From: an uncultured Candidatus Saccharibacteria bacterium
Lineage (GTDB): Bacteria > Patescibacteriota > Saccharimonadia > Saccharimonadales > UBA10212
Assembly: GCA_964448095.1 (NCBI GenBank)
Contig: CAYUUT010000002.1
Coordinates: forward strand, 27,959 to 91,958
DNA: 64,000 nt
Direction: 5' to 3'
Shown one piece after another: positions 52,682-62,516 of this stretch (position 1 is the first letter of the stretch; the number at the start of each line of letters is the position of its first letter). Made by a program: the position numbers and the translations under genes. The notes below the pieces were generated by a model. It was not told where the DNA came from. It worked only from the letters and a program-made list of their open reading frames with translations, and searched no databases.

Positions 52682-53971
52682 CTAGGAGAGTTTTTTGATA
52701 CGATCGGCAAACCATTTGGCGCTGGGGCGGATAGTGCGGCGCATTCCCCTGGCCCGGTCCACCTTGACCAAGCCAAAGCGCGGCCACCAGCCATAGCTCC
52801 ACTCAAAATTGTCTAGCAGACTCCAGTGGAAGTAACCAATAATGTTTACGCCCTCGCTGCGGGCGCGCTCCATTGCTACGATAGTCTCTTCTAGCCACCA
52901 GCGGCGGTATTCGTCATGCATGTCGGCCACGCCATTTTCGGTGATGATAATCGGCTTGCCACCGTAATGCGCCCAAACACGCAACAGCAATGGATAAATG
53001 CCTTCCGGCTCCATATACCAACCCATGTCGCTGGCGGGAGTTTTGGGGTCTTCGGGGCTGACCGGAAACTTAAAGCGGTAGTAGTCGGTAAAGTAATAAT
53101 TGAAGCCGATGAAATCCTGTTCCAGCCGGGTTCGGCGCAGAAACCACCAGTCCCAAAAATAGCGCATCCACTGGGTAATTTCTTCATCGAACAGGTTGTG
53201 CGGCCGCTTAGCCTGAATATTGGCCAGGTGTTGGGCCATGCCAACTTGCAGGCTGGGTTTGGCGTGCTTGAGAATGTAATAAGAGGTACGGTGGGCGCGG
53301 ATAAGGTTCAAATAAACTCTGATGAAGCTGAGCACGCTCTTTTCTTCCGGCGGCCAGTGGATTTTGGTGACGGGTTCTGGCGCCAGATAGCCATAGGTGG
53401 TGTAAACGTTGGGTTCGTTCAAGATTAGGACATAGGTCAGGTCGGTGCAGAGTTCGGTGGCTACCAGCTGTATAAAGCGGTAAAAGTATTTAAGGTTGCG
53501 TTTGTGCTTGAATGCACCCTTATCGGTAAACCAGGTGGGCATCGTCCAGTGCCAGATGTTCATCATCGGTTCAATACCGCGGTCCTTCAACTCCTTTATA
53601 TAGTCTTTATAATGCTGAATGGCTTCCTGGTCCCACTCGCCCTCTTTGGGCTCGATACGCGACCATTCAATGCCAAAGCGGAAGGCGTTGAGATTGAGTT
53701 GTTTTAGCAGATCAAAGTCTTTTTTGTACCTGGTGTAATGTTCCAGGCCACGGCCGTTAATATAGTTGCTTTGCTTGGTGGCGTCTTTTTTGATCTCCGG
53801 CCAGATTTTTAGATTCTTGAGCCGGGCCTCGGCAGTTTTTGCCAGGTGCTCGGCGTGTTTATGCTCCCACTGGGTCCACTGGCCGTTATTGCCGCCCTCT
53901 GATTGGTAGGCCGATATACTGGCACCCCACATGAAGTCTTCGGGAAACTGTTTGTCCGTATCCTCAGGCAT
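52682..53971 (-). CDS. family 1 glycoside hydrolase (beta-glucosidase-like)
   Basis: FPEDFMWGASISAYQSEGG, acid/base LNEPN, nucleophile ITENG. Confidence 0.85.
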   Translation of the reverse strand: MPEDTDKQFPEDFMWGASISAYQSEGGNNGQWTQWEHKHAEHLAKTAEARLKNLKIWPEIKKDATKQSNYINGRGLEHYTRYKKDFDLLKQLNLNAFRFGIEWSRIEPKEGEWDQEAIQHYKDYIKELKDRGIEPMMNIWHWTMPTWFTDKGAFKHKRNLKYFYRFIQLVATELCTDLTYVLILNEPNVYTTYGYLAPEPVTKIHWPPEEKSVLSFIRVYLNLIRAHRTSYYILKHAKPSLQVGMAQHLANIQAKRPHNLFDEEITQWMRYFWDWWFLRRTRLEQDFIGFNYYFTDYYRFKFPVSPEDPKTPASDMGWYMEPEGIYPLLLRVWAHYGGKPIIITENGVADMHDEYRRWWLEETIVAMERARSEGVNIIGYFHWSLLDNFEWSYGWWPRFGLVKVDRARGMRRTIRPSAKWFADRIKKLS

Positions 53972-53997
53972 AAGCCTATTTTAGCAAACTGCTAGTG

Positions 53998-54972
53998 CTA
54001 CAGGGCGACTTCCGCGGCATATTCTTCGAGCATCTGGGTGACCGCGTATTCCCATTTGCGGCTATTCCAGAGGAATGACACTCCGCTCGCGGCTACCGCT
54101 CCGTGGCCCAGCCGCCAAGCCATTTCCTTGCCGGAATCAACGCCTTGAGCGCTGATGATATCCATGAAATCGCTGACTTCGTCAGCCCATAGCTCTAGCT
54201 GCTCACGGCCATTGGCTCTGGTAGCTGGGCCGCTCAAGCCGCCGGCTCCACCGGGAACGCTCAGTATATTATTGCCGTCATCATCGACTGGAACGTATCC
54301 GGGAATCGTGTTCGGACCTTCCATAAAAGTAAATACTGGACGGCCGCGATATAAGCCGGCCAGGCGCGGAATCAGAAGTTTTTGTTCGATAGTGACGTGA
54401 TTTGCCGGCTTAACTCCGAGACGACCAGTTTCACCGATCCTCTCCCAGAATGTTTCCACCAGCTCTTCCATAGTATCGAAGTCATAGCCCATAATCGGTT
54501 TACGACCATCGCCGCCTTCTACTATATTTGGGCAGCTGACGTTTACAATTACCCGGTCGACCTCAGTTTCTAGAAAACTTTCCGCCAGTTCAACTGACTG
54601 CTCAACAGAACTACCCGCATCTTTAGTCGCCGATACGCTCATTATTACGGCTTTGCCGGCCTCGTGGGCGATGGCCACCAACTCGGGGGTAATCCTTAGC
54701 ATTTCGTCTTTGCCGGGGCTGGGCAAGCCTTTCGAATTAGCCATCTTTCCGGTTCGGGGATCGTAGTGATGGGTAGGCTCGCCGAAGAGTACCTCGTTCC
54801 CCGGGCTTGGCGGTTTGGTTACCGACCCGGGCTGAATCGCGCCAACTCCGGTGTTTGCTAACAAGCGGGCTTCGTTCAAAATTGTTTCCGGATTGAAGTG
54901 ATTTATTGCTCCGGCGGCATTCATTAGTGGTGATTCTAGCTCCAGACCGGCAACTTTGTAAGTTTCGCTCAT
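53998..54972 (-). CDS. pyrD: dihydroorotate dehydrogenase (class 1-like)
   Basis: ESPLMNAAG, ANSKGLPSPG, VNVSCPN. Confidence 0.75.
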   Translation of the reverse strand: MSETYKVAGLELESPLMNAAGAINHFNPETILNEARLLANTGVGAIQPGSVTKPPSPGNEVLFGEPTHHYDPRTGKMANSKGLPSPGKDEMLRITPELVAIAHEAGKAVIMSVSATKDAGSSVEQSVELAESFLETEVDRVIVNVSCPNIVEGGDGRKPIMGYDFDTMEELVETFWERIGETGRLGVKPANHVTIEQKLLIPRLAGLYRGRPVFTFMEGPNTIPGYVPVDDDGNNILSVPGGAGGLSGPATRANGREQLELWADEVSDFMDIISAQGVDSGKEMAWRLGHGAVAASGVSFLWNSRKWEYAVTQMLEEYAAEVAL

Positions 54973-56147
54973 ATGATTACTCCTCTAGTTAATAATCGCG
55001 GCTCTCGGCGCACAATTCGGCCGTTTTCAAATAATGCCCGGCCTTTTATTTGAACTTGGACAACTTTTGCCAAAGCCGTATGGCCGATAAACGGCGTGGG
55101 CGCGGCTTCGGGCAGTTTAACGTCGTCATCCGGGCCTATTTCCCATTTGCCTATCTGATAAGTAGTAGTAGTGTTTTTTGATAGATGTATGTCGATCGCC
55201 CCGGCGGTATTGGTAGATGTCATTTCCTCAAATCGTTTGACCGGATCAAAATCTTTTATTTCACCTTCATGCTTCATAAATTCACTGAGTACTACCGCAG
55301 TCGCGATGCTTAGGCTGCGGACACCAAAGGCCTTGTTAGGATTATCCAGATCGCCATCAGGATTCAGTCGGCCGGCCTCTTCTTTGGCGGCCTGAGTGTG
55401 AGGCGCGTGGTCGGTGCCGATAGTATCTATTTGCCCTGCCATAGCCTGCCAAAGAAGCTTTTCACGGTCAATTGCCTTAGCCAGTGGCGGCTGCATACGC
55501 AAGCTCCAATCGCCCGGTTCGACCTCCTCTTCCGTGAATATAAGGTGATGGGGAGAAATTTCCCGGGTTATCCTTACTCCGCGGTCAATGGCTTTAGTAG
55601 CCAAGTCCACATCATCCGGGTTATTCATATGGAATATGTACAGATGCAGCTTTAGTTCTTCGGCTAAGTCTATAAAGCCCTCCAGGTTATCCGGACCGGC
55701 GTGCACGGCCAGCGGCAAATCTCGGTCTAATTTACTTAGTTCAACGGCAAACTCCCGTAAGTCCTCAGGACCGTGATATTTATCATTACCCGTGGACGGA
55801 TGAGAAAAGAATTTTCCGCCCAAAATCCAAGAACGAACTGCGCGAAGTTGGCCGACGCCATTATCTTCCGGCTGGGCAGATAGCCAAACACCGGTGGGTA
55901 TCCAAGCTTCGTTGCGGCCGATGGTGATTTTTTCCCATACTGTTTCCACGTCTTTGGTGGGACGCCCTAAGGTATTGGATATATCGCCGATGCCCACATA
56001 GCCACCTTTTAGAGCAGCTTCGGTGCCCTTAGCGTACGTTTCGGCCTTATTAATCGGGCTTGGTTGCCGTAAATGTGTGTGCGGGTCAATCGCCGCTTGG
56101 ACGGTAATAAATTCAGGCGGCTTCGGCATAATCACCGGTTTCGCCAA
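54969..56147 (-). CDS. pyrC: dihydroorotase-like amidohydrolase
   Basis: AIDPHTHLR and IGTDHAPH. Confidence 0.7.
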   Translation of the reverse strand: MAKPVIMPKPPEFITVQAAIDPHTHLRQPSPINKAETYAKGTEAALKGGYVGIGDISNTLGRPTKDVETVWEKITIGRNEAWIPTGVWLSAQPEDNGVGQLRAVRSWILGGKFFSHPSTGNDKYHGPEDLREFAVELSKLDRDLPLAVHAGPDNLEGFIDLAEELKLHLYIFHMNNPDDVDLATKAIDRGVRITREISPHHLIFTEEEVEPGDWSLRMQPPLAKAIDREKLLWQAMAGQIDTIGTDHAPHTQAAKEEAGRLNPDGDLDNPNKAFGVRSLSIATAVVLSEFMKHEGEIKDFDPVKRFEEMTSTNTAGAIDIHLSKNTTTTYQIGKWEIGPDDDVKLPEAAPTPFIGHTALAKVVQVQIKGRALFENGRIVRREPRLLTRGVII

Positions 56148-57153
56148 TGACAGTTGAATTATTGGGAGTCAGCTTGGATTTTCTAAGGCGGCGATGAAGC
56201 GGTATAACATTGCTGCCATCAAGCAGACAATTTATTAGCGCCATCCTTACATAAAGGCCGTTGCCCGCTTGTTTGAAATATTTCGCCCGCGGATCCTTAT
56301 CAACATCAGAGGTGATCTCGCCTACCCTTGGCAGCGGATGAAGTATAATCGTATCCTCCTCCATAAATTCCAGGCTGTCTTGGTCTATCACTAGGCCGCC
56401 TTCCGGTATTGATGAGGGGTCAGTAATATATTCCTTTTGTAACCTTGTCCAATAAACAGCGTTTGCACCCTTGAAGGCCGCGTTCATATCCTCTGTAATG
56501 CCGTAAGACACACCAGCCTGCTCAAGACTATTGGTAATGTCTTCATTAGGGAACAGACCGGGAACCGACACGAACTCTATGTGGTTATTTTCGTACAGGC
56601 TTAGTATTTTAGCTAACGAGCGCACAGTGCGCCCATATCTTAAATCACCACCCATAACAACGTTGAGATTACTAAGCCGACCCAGTTCCTTAAAGATTGT
56701 GTAGCTATCTAGAAGCGCCTGTGTGGGGTGCTCGCCACCGCCGTCACCACCGTTAATAATCGAGGCTTCGCTAACCGCGGCAGATCTTGCCGCTGACCCA
56801 ACCTCATCATGACGCATGACAATTATGTCTGGACGGTAGCCGTTTATGACTCTGACTGAGTCTTCTAGTGTTTCCCCTTTTGCGGCAGACGAAAATTCCT
56901 TAGCATTTTCAGTACTTACAAGACCCATTCCCCACGCCACGGCTGCAGTTTCAAAGCTAATTCTTGTTCTAGTCGATGGTTGATAAAAAAGAGAGGTTAG
57001 CCTGCGCCCAACGTGCCTCTGAGCATTTTTTCTGCGCAAACCCTGGTAAGTATCGGCAGCATCGAGATAATCGGCCTGTTCAAATAAAAATGCTAAGTTA
57101 TCCGGGTCAAATTGCTCGGCGGACAGAACATGTTTTGGGAAATCCCTCGCCAC
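56113..57153 (-). CDS. pyrB: aspartate carbamoyltransferase catalytic subunit
   Basis: FYQPSTRTRISFE and HPLPRV. GTG start. The 3' end overlaps pyrC by 35 nt. Confidence 0.8.
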   Translation of the reverse strand: MARDFPKHVLSAEQFDPDNLAFLFEQADYLDAADTYQGLRRKNAQRHVGRRLTSLFYQPSTRTRISFETAAVAWGMGLVSTENAKEFSSAAKGETLEDSVRVINGYRPDIIVMRHDEVGSAARSAAVSEASIINGGDGGGEHPTQALLDSYTIFKELGRLSNLNVVMGGDLRYGRTVRSLAKILSLYENNHIEFVSVPGLFPNEDITNSLEQAGVSYGITEDMNAAFKGANAVYWTRLQKEYITDPSSIPEGGLVIDQDSLEFMEEDTIILHPLPRVGEITSDVDKDPRAKYFKQAGNGLYVRMALINCLLDGSNVIPLHRRLRKSKLTPNNSTVIGETGDYAEAA

Positions 57154-57216
57154 TAAGAAGATATACTAGTAGCGATTTTCATGTAGAGCAAGAATAAATT
57201 GTTGTGGTTTATGCGA

Positions 57217-57582
57217 TTAGTTGTTTTGGTTAGCGTTTGGCCTCTGACCGGCAGCGTAAGGCCGATAAGACTGGTGCTTGGCCAAGCGATTGATTTCGTA
57301 CAGGCAAATCAACAAGGCCGGCAGATAGACCAAGCCGATTAGTGCGGTTGGTTGCTGCAGCCTGTTTAGGGCAATGCCGGCTTTGGGTATTACCCATATA
57401 TAAGTCACCTGCCCGTTTCGGATAAGGGCCGCATCCTGGCGGCTAATGCCGAACTTGGCTTGAGCCTGCGCAGGATTATAAAAGCTTAAGTGTTGAGTCC
57501 GATACAAAACAACTGCTGCGGTTATCAGAGCGGCAATGCAGAGCAGAAATGTAACGAATAACGTGCGCAGATAGCTCTTCAT
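57217..57582 (-). CDS. small two-TM membrane protein, unknown function
   Basis: 121-aa ORF immediately downstream of the TasA-like gene. Confidence 0.5.
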   Translation of the reverse strand: MKSYLRTLFVTFLLCIAALITAAVVLYRTQHLSFYNPAQAQAKFGISRQDAALIRNGQVTYIWVIPKAGIALNRLQQPTALIGLVYLPALLICLYEINRLAKHQSYRPYAAGQRPNANQNN

Positions 57583-57589
57583 GGTTGGC

Positions 57590-58174
57590 CTAGCTGCCTA
57601 CGCCGGTAAAGCTGAGATTTACACCGTTGATGAAGACACCAACTCCGGTACCGGAATAGGCGTCGATATCCATGGAAACGCGCAGGCTGTATTGGGCCGT
57701 GGCACCGGAGTTCAGCGTATCGCCCAGGGCAACACCGCCGGTGGTGTTGGCACTGATAAGAGTTTGCAGCGGGATACTGACCTCCGGCTCCGGTACGTCA
57801 ACGCGGGTGAAGCTAAAGTAGACTTTGGTTAAGTTGATATTGGCCAGGTTGTTCGGCGTGGTGCTGATGGAGGCTTTTAGAGCCAGCGGCGCCGTGCCGT
57901 TATTTTTTAGATAAAATGTATTGCCCGCTGCCGGCACTTTCCCGCCGCCCGGCACCACGCCGCTAAAGTTGAAGCCAGCCGTTGAAGGCTCGGTAAATAC
58001 CGTGCCATTGGTGCTAATCTGGAGATCGGCTGCACCAATGTTAATGGCGTTGTTGGTTAGGCTGATCTGCGGACTCTGCAGTGCCGCAAAGGTAACGCCG
58101 GTACTAATTACACCCGCGGCGGTAATAATCGCCAAAGTTCTAAATAGCTGTCCCGCACCTCTTGAAGCTGTCAT
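57590..58174 (-). CDS. secreted TasA/camelysin-like protein with SipW-type signal peptide
   Basis: SD AGGAG. The N-terminus is LAIITAAGVISTGVTFAALQS. The body is beta-rich and high in Asn, Thr and Gly. Confidence 0.45.
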   Translation of the reverse strand: MTASRGAGQLFRTLAIITAAGVISTGVTFAALQSPQISLTNNAINIGAADLQISTNGTVFTEPSTAGFNFSGVVPGGGKVPAAGNTFYLKNNGTAPLALKASISTTPNNLANINLTKVYFSFTRVDVPEPEVSIPLQTLISANTTGGVALGDTLNSGATAQYSLRVSMDIDAYSGTGVGVFINGVNLSFTGVGS

Positions 58175-58262
58175 TTAGCTGAAAGTCTCCTGATAAAAAT
58201 ATCTCATCGGCAGCTATCAGCGTCAAACGCTTATGTTGAGTTTCTTTTACAACAAACGCTCT

Positions 58263-58394
58263 GCCGAACTTTCCCGGGGACCGCTCACGCGCGGAGGTGC
58301 TTCGCCTGAGCTGCTAAATAATGACCTTAGCATCTCCGCTCAGCACCCAACCGGCTCCGCTTGGGTAAGGTTGAGTCCCCAGGATAAGTTCGGC
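58263..58394 (+). repeat. conserved structured intergenic element, copy C (longest)
   Basis: The outer stem is GCCGAACTTTCCCGGGGA / TCCCCAGGATAAGTTCGGC. The core is identical in blocks to copy A and to the reverse complement of copy B. Confidence 0.75.
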
Positions 58395-58406
58395 TTCGCT
58401 ATAACT

Positions 58407-59021
58407 TTACAGTTCGATGGATTGGCCGCGCTCCAGGCCGTGGGTTTTGACGCCCTTCTCGTTGAGGCTACGCGCCAGAAAATCGGGGTTGCCACCCAGA
58501 AAATCATAGTGGATGGGTACGACTTGCTTGGCGCCAACTTGCATAGTGAAGGCGTAGGCGTCATGGAGCGAAATATCCGGACCGCTGATTGGCGCGGCCA
58601 GGATTTCGACATTCAGGCCGTCTAATTCCTTGCCGTCACCCGGGTGGAATAGGCGTTCGGCGAACAGATAGCCGGTGTTTTGGACGCTGGTGTCACCGTT
58701 AACCATCAGACAATGCGGCAGCTCTCTGGCCTGGACTTTCAGGCCACTTACCTCAAACTCTTGCTCGTCGCTAACAATTTCCGGCTGGGTTTTCATCTGT
58801 TTGGCGGTACTGGCATTGGCGTAAATTTTAACACCGTCGCCAACGAACTTTTCGGCCATATCCGGATCAAAATGATCCATGTGCTCATGGGTGTAAATTA
58901 CAGCGTCGAGCTTGCCGAATTTGTCGTAATTATCGGCGTCCTGGCCGCTGGGGTCAATTAGCACTCGGGCATCGCCATCCTCCACCAGCAAACAGCTCTG
59001 AAAATATCTCGTTAGTTTCAT
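58407..59021 (-). CDS. MBL-fold metallo-hydrolase
   Basis: YTHEHMDHF (HxHxDH). Confidence 0.75.
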   Translation of the reverse strand: MKLTRYFQSCLLVEDGDARVLIDPSGQDADNYDKFGKLDAVIYTHEHMDHFDPDMAEKFVGDGVKIYANASTAKQMKTQPEIVSDEQEFEVSGLKVQARELPHCLMVNGDTSVQNTGYLFAERLFHPGDGKELDGLNVEILAAPISGPDISLHDAYAFTMQVGAKQVVPIHYDFLGGNPDFLARSLNEKGVKTHGLERGQSIEL

Positions 59022-59051
59022 AAATTCCTCCTTATTCGTACTTATATTGTA

Positions 59052-59567
59052 CTATGGCCTTTTGCCCTTAGTCCTTAGGCGGCTGGAAGATACGTGTGGC
59101 TTCGGGCTGGCGATGATGGTTGCCCGGGCTTGCGGCAAATGTTTAGCCAAAAACTTCACGAAGCCGGATTCATCATCGCCAGCCCGCATGCCTATAATCA
59201 ATTTAACCTCTGGCAAAACCGTCTCAATGCCCTCCCACTTAGGCAGGTTGTAGCCGGCGTCGGAACCCATCAAAAAATTTAACTCGGCATTAGGAAAGCG
59301 CGACTTTAACTCGGGAATCGTGATGGCGATAGAAAAATGCGGTTCATCAAACTCCAGGATTTCCAGGTTTCCATAAGACTTTAGGGCTTTTTCTAATAAT
59401 GCAAGGCGGCCTTTGAAATCCGAAGCATTTTGCTTAGTCCACGGTTGGTGTTCCGGCAGGAAGTAAACTTTTTGTAATCCCCCGGTTTTGGCTGCCGCCA
59501 GGGCAAAAGCAACATGACCCTCGTGCACTGGGTCAAAGGTACCGGCAAAAATTCCTACCGACCTCAT
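59052..59567 (-). CDS. nadD: nicotinate/nicotinamide-nucleotide adenylyltransferase-like cytidylyltransferase
   Basis: GIFAGTFDPVHEGH. Confidence 0.6.
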   Translation of the reverse strand: MRSVGIFAGTFDPVHEGHVAFALAAAKTGGLQKVYFLPEHQPWTKQNASDFKGRLALLEKALKSYGNLEILEFDEPHFSIAITIPELKSRFPNAELNFLMGSDAGYNLPKWEGIETVLPEVKLIIGMRAGDDESGFVKFLAKHLPQARATIIASPKPHVSSSRLRTKGKRP

Positions 59568-60133
59568 TTTTTGCGGAAACTGCGGTAAGCCAGCTGCCGG
59601 CGCATCTTATCAATACGCACGATAGAGCTCTCGTATTCCTTAAGCAGAGTCGAGAATTGCCAGTTGGGAACCATCAGTTTGAGCAGCTTCTTTTGCTGGT
59701 CAAGGTATTCCACCAGGGCGAAAAAGTCGCCGTCGCCGGAGACGATAATGGCTTTGTCATAATTGGGCATTTCCTTCATGGCGTATAGCACCAGCTCGGC
59801 ATCCACGTTGCCCTTGACCATTGGTTTGGGCGCTTCTTTCTCCTCTTTGTTATCAGTATCCTCGCCGTTGGCGGCTGGCGGCTTGTCGTGACTCTTGACT
59901 TCCAGGGTGCGCTTGAGCACGATAAAATAGCCCAGCTCGTGCAGCTGTTCGTACATGGGCTCGTTCCCCGGTATATAACCGATGAACAGGAAGGCTTTGT
60001 CGACGTTATATTCTTTACGCAGGTGCGCCAAGAATTTGCGCCAATCCATCTTCCAACCCATTTTCTGGGTGCCTAGATTGAGATTCTGGCTGTCGATGAA
60101 GGCATAGTTGCCTTTTTTCTGGGGTTTTTCCAT
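59564..60133 (-). CDS. NYN (LabA/DUF88-like) domain protein
   Basis: NYAFIDSQNL and IIVSGDGDFFALVEYL. Confidence 0.65.
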   Translation of the reverse strand: MEKPQKKGNYAFIDSQNLNLGTQKMGWKMDWRKFLAHLRKEYNVDKAFLFIGYIPGNEPMYEQLHELGYFIVLKRTLEVKSHDKPPAANGEDTDNKEEKEAPKPMVKGNVDAELVLYAMKEMPNYDKAIIVSGDGDFFALVEYLDQQKKLLKLMVPNWQFSTLLKEYESSIVRIDKMRRQLAYRSFRKK

Positions 60134-60164
60134 TGGTTCAATTATCTCACATTTTCATCTGTTT

Positions 60165-60755
60165 TTAAGATGTTTCGATTTCCCGGCCAGTAAACTCGGG
60201 TGCGTTAACCAGGCCTTTCAAGCTGCCATATTTTTTGAATAAATCAGTGTTTAGGTCTAGGCGATGTTGCCCTTCTGATTTCGAAATAACTTCCTCGAAC
60301 GTCATGAGAGACTGTTTAATTTTCTCCCCGTTATCGTGTTTTGTGCCAACCTGACTATCAAAATCGGTCGCTAGGAAAGTGTATACAAAATGCTCGATTT
60401 TAAGCGCCGGTTGCCGCACATCAACGAGTTTCCAGTTTTTAAAAGCCATTCCTGTTTCTTCTAGTAATTCTCTTTTTGCTGACACAATTGGCAATTCGCC
60501 AGCATCGGCTCTACCTCCGGGAAAATCTAAAAATTCATTCTTAAGATTCGGCTGATGTTGGCTTAGGACCACAAACATGCCATCCTTTATCGCAATTACT
60601 ACCACTGTATTCGCCCTCTTCAGCATTTCGAAGGTTGCGATAGAGCCGTCATACATCTTTTGGGGCCATTGGTAGACATCATATATTTCGCCTCTGAACA
60701 CTCTTTTCGCATCCTTGGGAATAAGGTTGGCGTCTTTGGGAATTAGCTTTTTCAC
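60165..60755 (-). CDS. NUDIX hydrolase
   Basis: Nudix box GGRADAGELPIVSAKRELLEETG. Confidence 0.8.
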   Translation of the reverse strand: MKKLIPKDANLIPKDAKRVFRGEIYDVYQWPQKMYDGSIATFEMLKRANTVVVIAIKDGMFVVLSQHQPNLKNEFLDFPGGRADAGELPIVSAKRELLEETGMAFKNWKLVDVRQPALKIEHFVYTFLATDFDSQVGTKHDNGEKIKQSLMTFEEVISKSEGQHRLDLNTDLFKKYGSLKGLVNAPEFTGREIETS

Positions 60756-60795
60756 CTAGCTCTAGTTTAACCGTTTTTAGCACGGCCCACTATAA

Positions 60796-61248
60796 CTACC
60801 CCCATTTTAGGTGATATTTTTGGCTGGGTTTGGATTCGCGGCTGTCAAAAAGATAAAAATCTAAGACGGTTATCCTGTAAACTTTGTGGCCATCATCCAG
60901 TTTTGATTCTTCGACTATATCTGGACCCGCGCCGAGCCTATCGCGGAAAAGCTCATAAGCAGGATGGCCCGCGCTGAAATCTTCGACTATGCCGGCTAGG
61001 CCCTCAAAGTAAACGCCTCGCGGTTTTTGCTCAACCGAATGCTGCTCGACAATATTGCCTGCCACGTTTGGATTGGCGGCAATTTCCTGGCTGTGACGCC
61101 GCGATTTCTTGGAGCGAAAGTACAAATTTAAATCTTTGTCATAAACAAAGTGAACCTCGCAGACCCAGGGTTTGTTATCGCGGCTTGTGGCCAAGGACAT
61201 GTGTACTACGCCTGGTAAGTAGCTTCTGATTGTCTTTTCTATGTCCAT
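60796..61248 (-). CDS. pyridoxamine 5'-phosphate oxidase family protein
   Basis: The split-barrel pattern MSLATSRDNKPWVCEVHFVYD...LYFRSKKSRRHSQEI. Confidence 0.6.
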   Translation of the reverse strand: MDIEKTIRSYLPGVVHMSLATSRDNKPWVCEVHFVYDKDLNLYFRSKKSRRHSQEIAANPNVAGNIVEQHSVEQKPRGVYFEGLAGIVEDFSAGHPAYELFRDRLGAGPDIVEESKLDDGHKVYRITVLDFYLFDSRESKPSQKYHLKWG

Positions 61249-61259
61249 CCAGCTTTAGT

Positions 61260-62006
61260 CTACGCCCGATTTTCCGGAAACTTTTTCATCCAGCCGGCGT
61301 CTACCGCAATGGTGGTAGCGTTGACGTGCGGATTCTCTGCTAAAAAGACAAAGGCCGTACCGATATCTGCGGCGTTGACCCATTCTTTTTGCAAACTCTG
61401 GTTCAGGCGCATGTTTATATAGTCCTTGCTAGCGCTATCCCAGGCGGGCGTTTTGGTTACCCCGGGCGCCACAACATTGCAGCGAATATTCGGAGCCAGC
61501 ATCTCGGCCATTGTTTGGGCGAAGTTTACAATCGCGGCCTTGCCGGCGGAATAGATTGCCAACCCCGGATTACCGCTCATACTCATACCGTAAATAGAGC
61601 TGTTGAACAAGATAGCTCCGCCTTTGTTTATGGCGGGTATGAAGACTTGGGTGCAAAGAACCGCCGAGATGAAGTTGGCCGAAAGACTGTCAACAATATC
61701 TTGGTAGGTCAGCGAGGAGAACTCCGGCTCGTCAGCATAGCCAGCGTTATTTACCAACACGTCGAGCTTCTTATTATTCTTGGTAGCGGATTTGTAGAGT
61801 TTTTTCACTCCCTGCTCAGTAAACACGTCGGCCTGAACTATTTCGGCCTGGACTTTATGCGTCCTGGCTTTTTGAGCAACTGCTTCCGCCGCGGTTTTAT
61901 CGCTTTTGTAATTTATCACTACGTCGTAACCGGCTTTGGCGAACTCTAGGGCCGTAGCCGCACCTATGCCTTTGGATGCGCCGGTGATTAAAACTCTCTT
62001 TCTCAT
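61260..62006 (-). CDS. SDR family oxidoreductase (FabG-like)
   Basis: VLITGASKGIGAA, NNAG, YSAGK. Confidence 0.8.
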   Translation of the reverse strand: MRKRVLITGASKGIGAATALEFAKAGYDVVINYKSDKTAAEAVAQKARTHKVQAEIVQADVFTEQGVKKLYKSATKNNKKLDVLVNNAGYADEPEFSSLTYQDIVDSLSANFISAVLCTQVFIPAINKGGAILFNSSIYGMSMSGNPGLAIYSAGKAAIVNFAQTMAEMLAPNIRCNVVAPGVTKTPAWDSASKDYINMRLNQSLQKEWVNAADIGTAFVFLAENPHVNATTIAVDAGWMKKFPENRA

Positions 62007-62036
62007 AATTTTATTCTACGCCAGTTGGGGGAAAGT

Positions 62037-62516
62037 TCAGGATCTTTGGTTTTTGGCGCTTCGGAGCAGCCGTTCGTAGCCCTCTTTAGACATTATGCGG
62101 CCTGATATTTCGGTTTCGCAGGTAACTATACCGTTGACCGAGGCCCGACCTACGCCCTCGAACATGGATTTCTTGCGTTGTTCGGCAATCTCCACAAATA
62201 AATCCAGCGTTTCCCCCGGGAAAACCGGACCTAGGAACTTTGTGTTCGCACTTCCAAATAAAACCCCTAGCTCTCCAGGCTGATCGTACATGGCAGCATA
62301 GCCACCAAGTTGGGCTATAGCCTCTAGCTGCTGTACTCCTTGGAGTATCGGCTCACCGGGAAAATGACCCTCGAACTGCTCATCCGCCGGTATCCAGAAG
62401 CCTGCCACCGAAACTCCCGGCTGGAGCTCTTGAACGCCGCTTAGCCACAGGCGTGGCGGCCGGTGCGGAATTACGTTTTCGATAGGTAGTAACTTTGGGT
62501 TGTGCTCGTAAGCCAT
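62037..62516 (-). CDS. FabZ/FabA-like hot-dog fold dehydratase
   Basis: IPHRPPRLWL and EGHFPGEPILQGVQQLEAIAQ. Confidence 0.65.
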   Translation of the reverse strand: MAYEHNPKLLPIENVIPHRPPRLWLSGVQELQPGVSVAGFWIPADEQFEGHFPGEPILQGVQQLEAIAQLGGYAAMYDQPGELGVLFGSANTKFLGPVFPGETLDLFVEIAEQRKKSMFEGVGRASVNGIVTCETEISGRIMSKEGYERLLRSAKNQRS

